Below, one piece after another: positions 7,215-15,258 of a DNA stretch of 28,251 nucleotides. Each line of letters starts with the position of its first letter. The first letter of the stretch is position 1. Below the pieces are notes generated by a model. It was not told the DNA's origin. It saw only the letters and a list, made by a program, of their open reading frames with translations, and did not search any database. The position numbers and the translations under genes are program-made. Source of the stretch: a virus (taxonomy: Duplodnaviria > Caudoviricetes); the IMG/VR virus record IMGVR_UViG_3300020044_007529, positions 1 to 28,251 of that record, one strand, 5' to 3'.

Positions 7215-7353
7215 CTATCATTTTTCAACATGTTACAATGGTGTTGTGAATCAGCCGGTCACTAAATATCGTGTTCAGTCCCGACTCCTCACGTTGCTCG
7301 GTGACGACCGGCGGTTAATCGCAGACGTCGCGCGCTAATGCTGCGGGAACCGT

Positions 7354-7401
7354 AAAAAGCAAACATCGAACCCCGCGCAACACACTGCGCGGGGTTCGAT
7401 G
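7354..7401 (-). terminator. Intrinsic terminator ending the late transcript
   Basis: 16-bp perfect stem catcgaaccccgcgca / tgcgcggggttcgatg followed on the minus strand by TTTGCTTTTT. Confidence 0.85.
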
Positions 7402-7532
7402 CAAAAAGCAAAAGTATCGGCCCGGTTAACCCGGGAATATATTCAGTATACACCAACGCCGCCCCGAGTGGGAGCGGCGTTGATGCAGATGATCCGTCGC
7501 GGGAAAGGAACCGCTTGGATGATGTCAGTATA

Positions 7533-7835
7533 CTACGGTTTCAGTGGCCACGTGGTGACGTTCCACACGAGCCCGTCGGTGATGTCGCGCAGTTGCTGGC
7601 GATAGACTCGCCACGCTTCAACGGTGACCGCATCGAGTCCGACATCGGGAAGCTGCGTATAATCGCAGTCCACTAGCTTGGTATTCCGCACGCTGCGCAG
7701 TGCGTCCATTGCTTCGGTTTCGGTAAACGGTCGTTCTTCAACATCGGCACCTTCGGGAGGAACTGCGTACGCTTCGCCGTAGTCGTCGAAATACGAAAAT
7801 GTAATGCTCTTCGGATCGTAAATGCGGTAAATCAT
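7533..7835 (-). CDS. Tail fibre assembly chaperone-like protein
   Basis: RNTKLVDCDYTQLPD...WRVYRQQLRDI...WPLKP signature; last gene of the tail module. Confidence 0.8.
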   Translation of the reverse strand: MIYRIYDPKSITFSYFDDYGEAYAVPPEGADVEERPFTETEAMDALRSVRNTKLVDCDYTQLPDVGLDAVTVEAWRVYRQQLRDITDGLVWNVTTWPLKP

Positions 7836-8302
7836 AGCAACACCAGATTGATAATAGGCGACTCGCCAGCGCTGTCTTCGGTCGTCACTTGGAGCGTATG
7901 CGTGCCCGTTGTGGTTTGCAGTCTGAGTTGTATTTCGTCGTTAACCTTGAAGAAGCGTGTAGTGGTCAAGCGAAACTTTGTATCCTTGCCGTCGCCGCTT
8001 CCCATCGTTGCGACTTCGACACCGTTGACGAGGATGTCGCCGATAACACCGTCACGGGTAGACATTTTACCGTTGAAGGTCAATGAGTAGTAGCCCGACA
8101 CCGGCACCGTTATCGTAGAGCCCGACCAAGCGACTGCGCAGCCAGCATCAATGAGGTTTTGCCAAGTGACGGTAACACCCGCCGTCGTAATGCTCAGCGT
8201 CGATGTGCGTGTGAGCGTGATGTATACCATGTTGTCGCCGCGTTCCAACTGAACGAGCCGACCGTTGACCATGGCTGCCGTGTTAGGGGTTGGCGAGCTC
8301 AA
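7832..8302 (-). CDS. Tail tip / receptor-binding protein with C1q/BclA-like beta-sandwich
   Basis: TITVPVSGYYSLTF and FFKVNDEIQL are C1q-like motifs; tail-tip position. Confidence 0.6.
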   Translation of the reverse strand: MSSPTPNTAAMVNGRLVQLERGDNMVYITLTRTSTLSITTAGVTVTWQNLIDAGCAVAWSGSTITVPVSGYYSLTFNGKMSTRDGVIGDILVNGVEVATMGSGDGKDTKFRLTTTRFFKVNDEIQLRLQTTTGTHTLQVTTEDSAGESPIINLVLL

Positions 8303-9422
8303 TTTTGACGTCCTCTCTACCGGTCGAATCTGCGCTCAATTGTACGCCGAAAATCTTCCGCGTGAAGCTGTTCACCGTGTCTGTCGTTACCGTTACCAAG
8401 TCACCGAGGAAGTAATCGCGACCGTATTGAAGTACGGAAGATTGCATTACTTCGATAGTGTAGAGCTTTTGTTTACGTTGCTCTTGGCGCCATCGACGCT
8501 TGGCCAGTGCGGTCAGATGTGCGACGGTTTCGCTATCGCCGCCCTTGATAAGTATTTCGCGCAATTCGTAGCCGGTCGGTGCTGGCGAAGGAAACGACCC
8601 GCGAAGCATCGCTTTGTCTTTGCCCTTACCCGTGGCGATGACGAAGGTTGGCGAAGTCATCGCATCGGTTGAGTATTCGAAGTTCCCGATGGTGCCGTTG
8701 GCTTGACTCATGCGGACGACGCTTGTACGGTCGGTTCCGAGCGTGTCGGCGTAGAAAAGCGTGTATTGCATCGTCGTGATATCAAAGCGAACTTCAAAGT
8801 CAATCGACGCCACGTCGGCGACCTTTTGCATGGTGATGAGTACGTTCTCACCCGAGCACGCCAGCGCAAAGCCGGTGCCCAGTCCGAGGTCGGCAACGTT
8901 GACCGCTCCGGTCAATCGTCCGTCGGTCCATCGGGACAATGTCGTACTATATCGACGGCTTAGATCAGCGGTCAAGTATGGTGGCGCTCCGTTGGCGTTG
9001 GTGCCGATGTTGTAGTTCCATAACTGCGTAATCATTGACGATGCCGTCGTGTAGATTGAAGGCATAAAACACGAGACACCTTGTAGGTTTGGATACCATG
9101 CCACGATGCGGTCTTGTAAGACACGCGTTGCATCGACGACGACAATCTCCATCATCGGATTGACGTTATACATGCGACGCATCACACGCACCGCTCCGAT
9201 GATTTCTTCGTATGCATTCATTCCGCCTGCTGCGTCGCTGCGTATCATGCGCACAATGTATTCGATGTCAATCTGCGCCGCCAACGTTGTGCGCAGATCA
9301 AGACGAAGGACGAGGACGCTTGGTGAATTGACTTGATGACTGACCGAGTAATTCAACGGGTCAATTATGCCGACAGGTGTGCCGTCCGCTTCGTACAGTG
9401 TGAACGTTGCTTGTGTTGGCAT
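8283..9422 (-). CDS. Baseplate hub / Tal-like minor tail protein (ReqiPepy6 Gp37-like)
   Basis: ATGKGKDKAM..R and C-terminal QYGRDYFLGDLVTV motifs; tail module position. Confidence 0.75.
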   Translation of the reverse strand: MPTQATFTLYEADGTPVGIIDPLNYSVSHQVNSPSVLVLRLDLRTTLAAQIDIEYIVRMIRSDAAGGMNAYEEIIGAVRVMRRMYNVNPMMEIVVVDATRVLQDRIVAWYPNLQGVSCFMPSIYTTASSMITQLWNYNIGTNANGAPPYLTADLSRRYSTTLSRWTDGRLTGAVNVADLGLGTGFALACSGENVLITMQKVADVASIDFEVRFDITTMQYTLFYADTLGTDRTSVVRMSQANGTIGNFEYSTDAMTSPTFVIATGKGKDKAMLRGSFPSPAPTGYELREILIKGGDSETVAHLTALAKRRWRQEQRKQKLYTIEVMQSSVLQYGRDYFLGDLVTVTTDTVNSFTRKIFGVQLSADSTGREDVKIELANP

Positions 9423-9423
9423 A

Positions 9424-10323
9424 CTATGCTCGCGTCACGGTTAGGAATGCATTTGACACGGTTTGTCCTGCCGGTGTAACAGTGTTAGAGCTAATATTGA
9501 CCGTGTCATTCGCTGCTAATGTATACATCCACGTTGCAGTTAAGAATGCCGAAGCGGAAACAGGAGTTAACGTAGCGCTTTGTACTTGCGTTCCATTGAC
9601 ATTTAGACGTACATTTCTTTGGCCAGTCGTTCCGGTGCCATATGTTCCGGAATATGCAATCAAATACATTCCCGCACGCTTTACCGTTACAACGCCGGTC
9701 GTCGTGTTAACGCTGAAAATTGCATCGTTTGTTACCGTAGAAGCGCTATATGTGGCGACGTCATATTGCAGCGTTACATTGGTCAGAGTAGCCGAACCAC
9801 CGCTCATTGTGGCGTACGATTGATACGGTAATTGCGTGGTCGTTCCATACATCGTATAGTCTGGGGTGATGCCCGACGCAGTGATTGTGGCACCGCTGAT
9901 TGCGACGGTGCCCAATTGCAAGTATGTACGACCGACGAGCTGCGCCGCGGTGCACACTGCGACACGCACTGCGTAAGTCGTCACCGTTGTACCGCTGACA
10001 CTCCTCGAGACAGTCAAAGCGCCAGCGGTGTCATTGACAAAGACGACGACGTTGTAGGTGGCGTTGGCCAGCGTTGTGATGACTATCGCCGCGGACGTTG
10101 TATTTTCGTAGAAGTACCCGCCGACAATCGCTGCTCCCGCCGCAATGGTCAGCGTGTTTGTACCGTTGCCGGTCATCGCCAAGAGTGAGCCGGTCTGTAG
10201 TACGCCGTCACTTAGTGTCTTGGTTTCCATTGCGGTCATTCGCGATGATGCATAGCCGGTTCCGTTACCGTCGCCGTATGCTACTCCGACGCCCGTCGCC
10301 ATTCCAATAGATTGCTCTGCCAT
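9424..10323 (-). CDS. Minor tail / receptor-binding protein with C1q-like C-terminal domain
   Basis: N-terminal TLTIAAGAAIVGGYFYEN baseplate-type motif; C-terminal GVVTVKRAGMYLI..LAANDTV; Thr/Ala/Gly-rich. Confidence 0.65.
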   Translation of the reverse strand: MAEQSIGMATGVGVAYGDGNGTGYASSRMTAMETKTLSDGVLQTGSLLAMTGNGTNTLTIAAGAAIVGGYFYENTTSAAIVITTLANATYNVVVFVNDTAGALTVSRSVSGTTVTTYAVRVAVCTAAQLVGRTYLQLGTVAISGATITASGITPDYTMYGTTTQLPYQSYATMSGGSATLTNVTLQYDVATYSASTVTNDAIFSVNTTTGVVTVKRAGMYLIAYSGTYGTGTTGQRNVRLNVNGTQVQSATLTPVSASAFLTATWMYTLAANDTVNISSNTVTPAGQTVSNAFLTVTRA

Positions 10324-10327
10324 GTGT

Positions 10328-11227
10328 TTATACTCCTATGTAGCGGTTATAGTAATACATATAGACGATTGATTCGTTCGTCGTTGCCGTTGCGCTGACT
10401 GAGAATGTCTGTAAACCCGAAGGGAATACGGGATCGGGATAGAGACCAAAGTTGACGATATCGCTAAAAATGCTTAACGATGCAAACTGATTTACACCAT
10501 TTTGGTCGGTGATTGTTTTGCGTCCAAAGCGAAGGTCAACCGTCCACGTATTCAAAGCTGGTATTGTATCCGTAAATGCGATTATTCTACCGGCTCCGTC
10601 TGTTATCACCAAATTGGTCAGCGGTCCAATGCATTGCAAAATTGGATATGAAGCGACGTTGCCAGTGTATGCAAAAGTCAAAACATTATTGACTGAATAC
10701 GCGCCATATGGAACTGGGTATGGTTTTGGATACGCAGTAGGTGTTCCAAATTGCGTATTTGTGATTTGGAATATTTGTTGCGTCGTGCCATACCATGTTG
10801 GGTCATCGGCTCGAAGCTGAATCACCGCGCGCAAATTAAAGTCGTTTGGCGTTGAGTCCATCGTTGCGCCTGCGATTTTGACGTCTATGCTTTGGTCTTG
10901 TGCAAATGGAAACGTGTTTATAGATTGTCGTAGGGTCGCGGTGTCATTGCCGGGAGCAAATAATGTAACAAGTTGAACTCTAGCGTCAGCATAAACTTCA
11001 TATGACTCGCATGGTACGACAATCGGAAGATTAATGATTCGCGGATTAAGTCGAAAATCAATGTCAGTATCGCCATTTTGAAACGGCCCGCGTTGCGTGA
11101 TGCGTGTGATTGGTGGTATTCCCCAACCAATAGCACCTGCTAGATACATAGTCATTCCGCCGGGCCCGCCATTATCAACATTAAACGTATACGTGTTTGT
11201 TCCGCGTGTGAAGGTTATTGCGTTCAT
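10328..11227 (-). CDS. Distal tail protein (Dit)
   Basis: Directly after tape measure; GPFQNGD..LNPRIINL, LRADDPTWY, YPKPYPVPY, YPILQCIGP motifs. Confidence 0.8.
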   Translation of the reverse strand: MNAITFTRGTNTYTFNVDNGGPGGMTMYLAGAIGWGIPPITRITQRGPFQNGDTDIDFRLNPRIINLPIVVPCESYEVYADARVQLVTLFAPGNDTATLRQSINTFPFAQDQSIDVKIAGATMDSTPNDFNLRAVIQLRADDPTWYGTTQQIFQITNTQFGTPTAYPKPYPVPYGAYSVNNVLTFAYTGNVASYPILQCIGPLTNLVITDGAGRIIAFTDTIPALNTWTVDLRFGRKTITDQNGVNQFASLSIFSDIVNFGLYPDPVFPSGLQTFSVSATATTNESIVYMYYYNRYIGV

Positions 11228-11228
11228 G

Positions 11229-13025
11229 CTACTCTGCCCCCAGTGTCATCATCCAAGCCCGTGCGTCGCTTATCAGCGATGATTCGGATTGGTTGTTGCT
11301 ATACGACGCGTGCATGTTGAGATTGTAGACGACTCCGTTGGTATTCGAACTGCCTGCACCCATGCGCAGAGACCGACTAGTTCCACCGCCTTCGCCGCCT
11401 TCGCCGCCGTCGCCACCACTGCCCGAACCTTGACCGCTGAAGAACGACGTCACCGCGCTCCATGCGTCACGAGCCGCCGCCAAGAGCGCATCCTTAATCC
11501 ATCCCGCACCGCTTTTTATACCATCCGCGATGCCTTGTACCATGCTTGTTCCAAGCTTCAACACCTCCGGCTTGACCTCATCGAAGAAGGTCGTCAGGTT
11601 GGTTTTGAGCTTGGTAAAAAAGCCCCATAGATCTTTCAGCGCAGTATCGACGGTTGTCTTCATGGTCACAAAAGCGCCAGCAAAGTCGCCCTTTGTCAGC
11701 TGAGACAATGCGGTCAAGATACCGGTCACCGTAGCCATGCCAATGCTTACCAGTGAATAGAACGTATCCAATACCGTCTTGATGTACGGCCATGCAATGG
11801 TAAACGCGTCGCTGAGATATTGCCAAGCCACTGCGGACGCATTGAACGCCAGTACTAACACGTCGCGAATCAACGTTGCCATTGCACCGAGCATCGTGGT
11901 CAGCGTCGCGATGTAGCCCTGTATCGTTGGCGATGCAAGGTACTCCATGATTGCTCCACCAGCTTGTGTCATTGCCGGAACAAAGACCGAGACGAAATTC
12001 ATCACCGCATCGGTCAGCGGTTGCAAAAATACTTGCACCGTCGCGAGCCCTGCGCTCAGTTGCGCCAAGACACCCGGGACCGCTGCGATTGCTCCCCGAA
12101 TGGTATCGAAGATGCCCGAAGTGGTGCCAACTTCGTTCATCGATGTAATCCAACCTGACAACCCCTCGACCGCAGATGCAGTGATTGGCACAACAGTGTC
12201 GGACATAAAGGTGCCAAACTGCATCAGCATTGGCATCAACGCCTCGCCAAGCGTCTGCTGTATGTCGGCAAACTTTTCTTTCAGTACGACCTGTTGCCCG
12301 GCGTAGGTGTCGACCGCGGCCGCTGCGCTTCCACCAAATTCTTTGTTCAGTTCGGCGAGGATAACCTGTTGCGCGCCAGCGACGTCGCCCACTTCGGTCA
12401 TCGCTTTAATCATCGCCTTTTGTTCGTCGGTGAATGTCACGCCGACCCGAGTCAGCGCGGAAATACCGGCGACCGGGTCGTTGAGTGCTTTGCCGACTTG
12501 CAATGCGCTGCTGTTGAGGTCGGTACCCATCGCTTGGCTAATGTCGAGGATTGCTTGTGTCGCACTGCTGAAGTTTACGCCCTTGATTTTGGTAAACGTG
12601 GCAAGGACGTTGTCGGCGCCAAGTATTGCGTCGTCACTAAACAGCGATGCGCCAGCGCTGGCGCTCATTGCCTTTGCCATCTCGCCGATTTGCCCCGCAG
12701 TCAATTCCGCCGCGCCACCGGTGGACTTTACGACCGCTTCGGTTTGCGCCATGGCACTATTCCACTGCGCCGCCTCTTCAATGCTTCCGCTGATGAAATC
12801 AGTAACCGCATTGAGTGCCTTGCCGCCAAGCTGTAGCGCGAAACCTCCAAGCGCTTGGCCGACACCTTGCAACACGCCATCCATTACGGAGCCCATACCG
12901 CCGAACGACTTCCCTGCTTTGCCTGCGTTTTCGCTGACGCTGTCGAGGTTGTTGTTGATTGCCTTGGTCGTAGCACTTGCATCGTCTTCGGCTTTAAACC
13001 GAATCAGTACTGTCTCTTCGGCCAT
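11229..13025 (-). CDS. Tape measure protein
   Basis: Ala/Gly-rich helical 598 aa; QVGKALNDPVAGISALTRVGVTFT motif; follows the tail chaperones. Confidence 0.92.
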   Translation of the reverse strand: MAEETVLIRFKAEDDASATTKAINNNLDSVSENAGKAGKSFGGMGSVMDGVLQGVGQALGGFALQLGGKALNAVTDFISGSIEEAAQWNSAMAQTEAVVKSTGGAAELTAGQIGEMAKAMSASAGASLFSDDAILGADNVLATFTKIKGVNFSSATQAILDISQAMGTDLNSSALQVGKALNDPVAGISALTRVGVTFTDEQKAMIKAMTEVGDVAGAQQVILAELNKEFGGSAAAAVDTYAGQQVVLKEKFADIQQTLGEALMPMLMQFGTFMSDTVVPITASAVEGLSGWITSMNEVGTTSGIFDTIRGAIAAVPGVLAQLSAGLATVQVFLQPLTDAVMNFVSVFVPAMTQAGGAIMEYLASPTIQGYIATLTTMLGAMATLIRDVLVLAFNASAVAWQYLSDAFTIAWPYIKTVLDTFYSLVSIGMATVTGILTALSQLTKGDFAGAFVTMKTTVDTALKDLWGFFTKLKTNLTTFFDEVKPEVLKLGTSMVQGIADGIKSGAGWIKDALLAAARDAWSAVTSFFSGQGSGSGGDGGEGGEGGGTSRSLRMGAGSSNTNGVVYNLNMHASYSNNQSESSLISDARAWMMTLGAE

Positions 13026-13225
13026 TACTTCTTCGCCCTTCGTTCGCGGATTGTATGTTCAATGCCAATCATGATTAGGTCCTCTTGAATGGTACGCCAC
13101 GGTACCTTTTCGAGTTCCGTCGGTGTGCAGTGATACACATCGCGACACATGACCAATCGTATATATTGCATCGGCGCCACATCGCCCGTCCAAAGGTGAG
13201 CTTGTAGCGCCGTCTTTAGTTTCCC
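13025..13225 (-). CDS. Tail assembly chaperone gpT segment reached by -1 frameshift (gpGT)
   Basis: Slippery G GGA AAC at 13219-13225; -1 frame KLKTALQAHLWTGD...RERRAKK* is open to a TAA overlapping the tape measure ATG. Confidence 0.85.
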   Translation of the reverse strand, partial: GKLKTALQAHLWTGDVAPMQYIRLVMCRDVYHCTPTELEKVPWRTIQEDLIMIGIEHTIRERRAKK

Positions 13226-13422
13226 ATTGGTGGATTAAGCCCAGCGAGGATTGAGCGCACGATAACGGGAAAGTGCTTTGCTGGCACGTCTTCGAATTCG
13301 CCGTTCTCAACCTCGACACACTTGCGAAGAATTGAAACCATAACCGCGATGTCTTCTTTGGCGCTCTGCAGTTTGATGAGATCGCCGATGGTTAACTTGT
13401 TGTCGTCAATGGTGTATTGCAT
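13216..13422 (-). CDS. Tail assembly chaperone (gpG-like)
   Basis: Between major tail and tape measure genes; ends MGN* on the slippery site; AGGAG RBS. Confidence 0.85.
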   Translation of the reverse strand: MQYTIDDNKLTIGDLIKLQSAKEDIAVMVSILRKCVEVENGEFEDVPAKHFPVIVRSILAGLNPPMGN

Positions 13423-13498
13423 GTTGGGGATGCTCCTATAAAATTGTGTGGGGCTTAGGTTGGCACACGGTCACGCCCCACCATGACCGCACGCCCTA

Positions 13499-13954
13499 CT
13501 ATGCAACGTCGGTGTAAGTGATTCCGGGACACCGTACTGTAAAGGATGTCATGATTGCGTCTGCGCTTGATGAGTCGATTGCTGGGTAGTCAATCGATGT
13601 AATGTAGCCGGTGGCTGCGGTCTCGATGGTGTTTGCACCCGAGGCGGCGCCCTTTGGTACCCACTTGATTTGTACTGCGCTCTTTGCTGCGAATGCTGCG
13701 CTGACCAACATAAACGGCTCAGTCGCCAACACTTCGGTGTAGAGAATGTTGACGGTTACATCGACCGGTTCCACCTTGCCAAGAAGAATGAACGCCGCAC
13801 TACCGTCAAGCGTGTAGTTGTCACTGTTTGCAATGGTTGCGGTTGCTGCGTCGACGCTCTGCGTTGCTCCGCTGATATCGACGTAGCTACCCGATGCGAT
13901 TTTGATGGATACCGTTGAGGCTACGCCGTTAATTGCGGCGGTTGTCTGTGCCAT
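13499..13954 (-). CDS. Major tail (tube) protein
   Basis: 151 aa beta-rich; position; TGYITSIDYP..FTVRCP tube-like C-terminus; AGGAG RBS. Confidence 0.8.
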   Translation of the reverse strand: MAQTTAAINGVASTVSIKIASGSYVDISGATQSVDAATATIANSDNYTLDGSAAFILLGKVEPVDVTVNILYTEVLATEPFMLVSAAFAAKSAVQIKWVPKGAASGANTIETAATGYITSIDYPAIDSSSADAIMTSFTVRCPGITYTDVA

Positions 13955-13965
13955 GGTGTGTTCTC

Positions 13966-14412
13966 CTATTGATTGATTTCACGGAATACGAGAGTCGCCG
14001 TTATGGCGTCATAATTACGGCCCGACGCCGCTGGAAATTCTAAGACTTGCGCACGGCATCGAAGGTCAATCAATGCCCACGACGGTGCGGTCAATGTACG
14101 CACCGCATCATGATACGCCGCAAGGTACGCCTCGACACTGGGCGCAATGTCGCGCAAACCTAAGCCCATGCCAGCGGAGCGGAGTAGTCCGAGGTCGGTG
14201 ATGGTCCATTCCGCCATCATGACATGACCGGTACCACCCAGCGTCTTCGTTTGTACCCGTGCGGAACTCATGCCAATAGCGCTGATGATACGCATTGGAA
14301 TGTCGGCTATTTCGGCACTATCCTTCAGCGAAGACCCGCGGTATACCGTGGTTACTCCGCTTACCATCATCGCCTCGACCGCGTCAAGGATGCTGTCGAG
14401 TTGTGAGGTCAT
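13966..14412 (-). CDS. Tail terminator / completion protein
   Basis: Size and position between connector and tail tube genes. Confidence 0.6.
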   Translation of the reverse strand: MTSQLDSILDAVEAMMVSGVTTVYRGSSLKDSAEIADIPMRIISAIGMSSARVQTKTLGGTGHVMMAEWTITDLGLLRSAGMGLGLRDIAPSVEAYLAAYHDAVRTLTAPSWALIDLRCRAQVLEFPAASGRNYDAITATLVFREINQ

Positions 14413-15008
14413 GAGTGCCTCACATACTTTTTGATGATGGTCGAAACGTCGGTTGGAAACCGTGCCGGTGCCATCAGTACCCCGTCGGCGCTGATGATGT
14501 TGCGGTCAGTATCCGGGCCACCTTCGCGGCGTCGGTAGAAATACGCCGCCAACATAAGCGTTGCGTTGACGATGTCCGTCGGTGGTGTCGTTGTGTATGC
14601 AAAGCGTCCGACCACACTGATGGAATATTCCGGCGAGCCGGTGAATGTCCATTCGATGTTTGCGGAGTCTTTGAGCCGAATTGCGTACCATGGTGTGACG
14701 TTCTTGTCGACCGTTACCACGTCCGACAATGACACCGCGGTACCGTTGCCGTTTGTGATTGAGGTGATTGCGCACAGGTCGGCACCGAGCCACAACGTGC
14801 GCCCGTCGTCCTCGAGGTCGCCGATTAAGTCACGACGCCACAACGGCGTATAGTACCGTGTGGTGTCTGCGGACGCTTCGAATAACCGGTGCGTCTGGCG
14901 TTCGATTTCGGTCTGCGCACGGCTCACCGCGTTACCGAGTTGTGTGTCGTCCGTCGTTGCGGTTGCGCCGATGTACGCACGCAAATCCGCTGCGGTTGCG
15001 TATGCCAT
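14409..15008 (-). CDS. Head-tail connector (adaptor) protein
   Basis: MAYATAADLRAYIG...IERQTHRLF and PTDIVNATLMLAAYFYRRR, gp6/gp15-like. Confidence 0.85.
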   Translation of the reverse strand: MAYATAADLRAYIGATATTDDTQLGNAVSRAQTEIERQTHRLFEASADTTRYYTPLWRRDLIGDLEDDGRTLWLGADLCAITSITNGNGTAVSLSDVVTVDKNVTPWYAIRLKDSANIEWTFTGSPEYSISVVGRFAYTTTPPTDIVNATLMLAAYFYRRREGGPDTDRNIISADGVLMAPARFPTDVSTIIKKYVRHS

Positions 15009-15010
15009 GT

Positions 15011-15199
15011 TTAGACTACCTTTGTCGTGCGCTTTGGCTTCTCTGCTGGTTCGGATTCCATCGGAACGGCCGAGCCTTCGTCGATGAGTATCTTTGCATC
15101 AACCTCGCTGACTTCGATGACGTCGCCAGCTTGGTACGGAGTGCATATCTTGGTTGCTGCGTCGCGGAATACGATTCCGCTTAACATCTGTACTTTCAT
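15011..15199 (-). CDS. Small post-capsid hypothetical protein
   Basis: YQAGDVIEVSEVDAKILIDEGSA pattern typical of small genes after major capsid genes. Confidence 0.75.
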   Translation of the reverse strand: MKVQMLSGIVFRDAATKICTPYQAGDVIEVSEVDAKILIDEGSAVPMESEPAEKPKRTTKVV

Positions 15200-15216
15200 G
15201 TGGGGTCTCCGTTGAT

Positions 15217-15251
15217 GGATAGGCTACCGATGATTCATCGGTAGCCTATCC
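15217..15251. terminator. Perfect hairpin after the capsid gene (terminator or mRNA stabiliser)
   Basis: ggataggctaccgatga-t-tcatcggtagcctatcc 17-bp inverted repeat; no U tract. Confidence 0.65.
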
Positions 15252-15258
15252 CGATTAA

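Noticed and set aside
7215-7532. tRNA, known riboswitch or attP site in the large intergenic region
   Set aside because: No cloverleaf or recognisable riboswitch consensus; no integrase in the window
11375-11440. Low-complexity ccgcc repeats near the tape measure 3' end
   Set aside because: Explained by a Gly-rich linker (GSGSGGDGGEGGEGGG)
13059-13319. 86-aa minus-strand ORF as the gpT chaperone
   Set aside because: Wrong frame; the -1 frame from G GGA AAC is a different one, ending at the tape measure start
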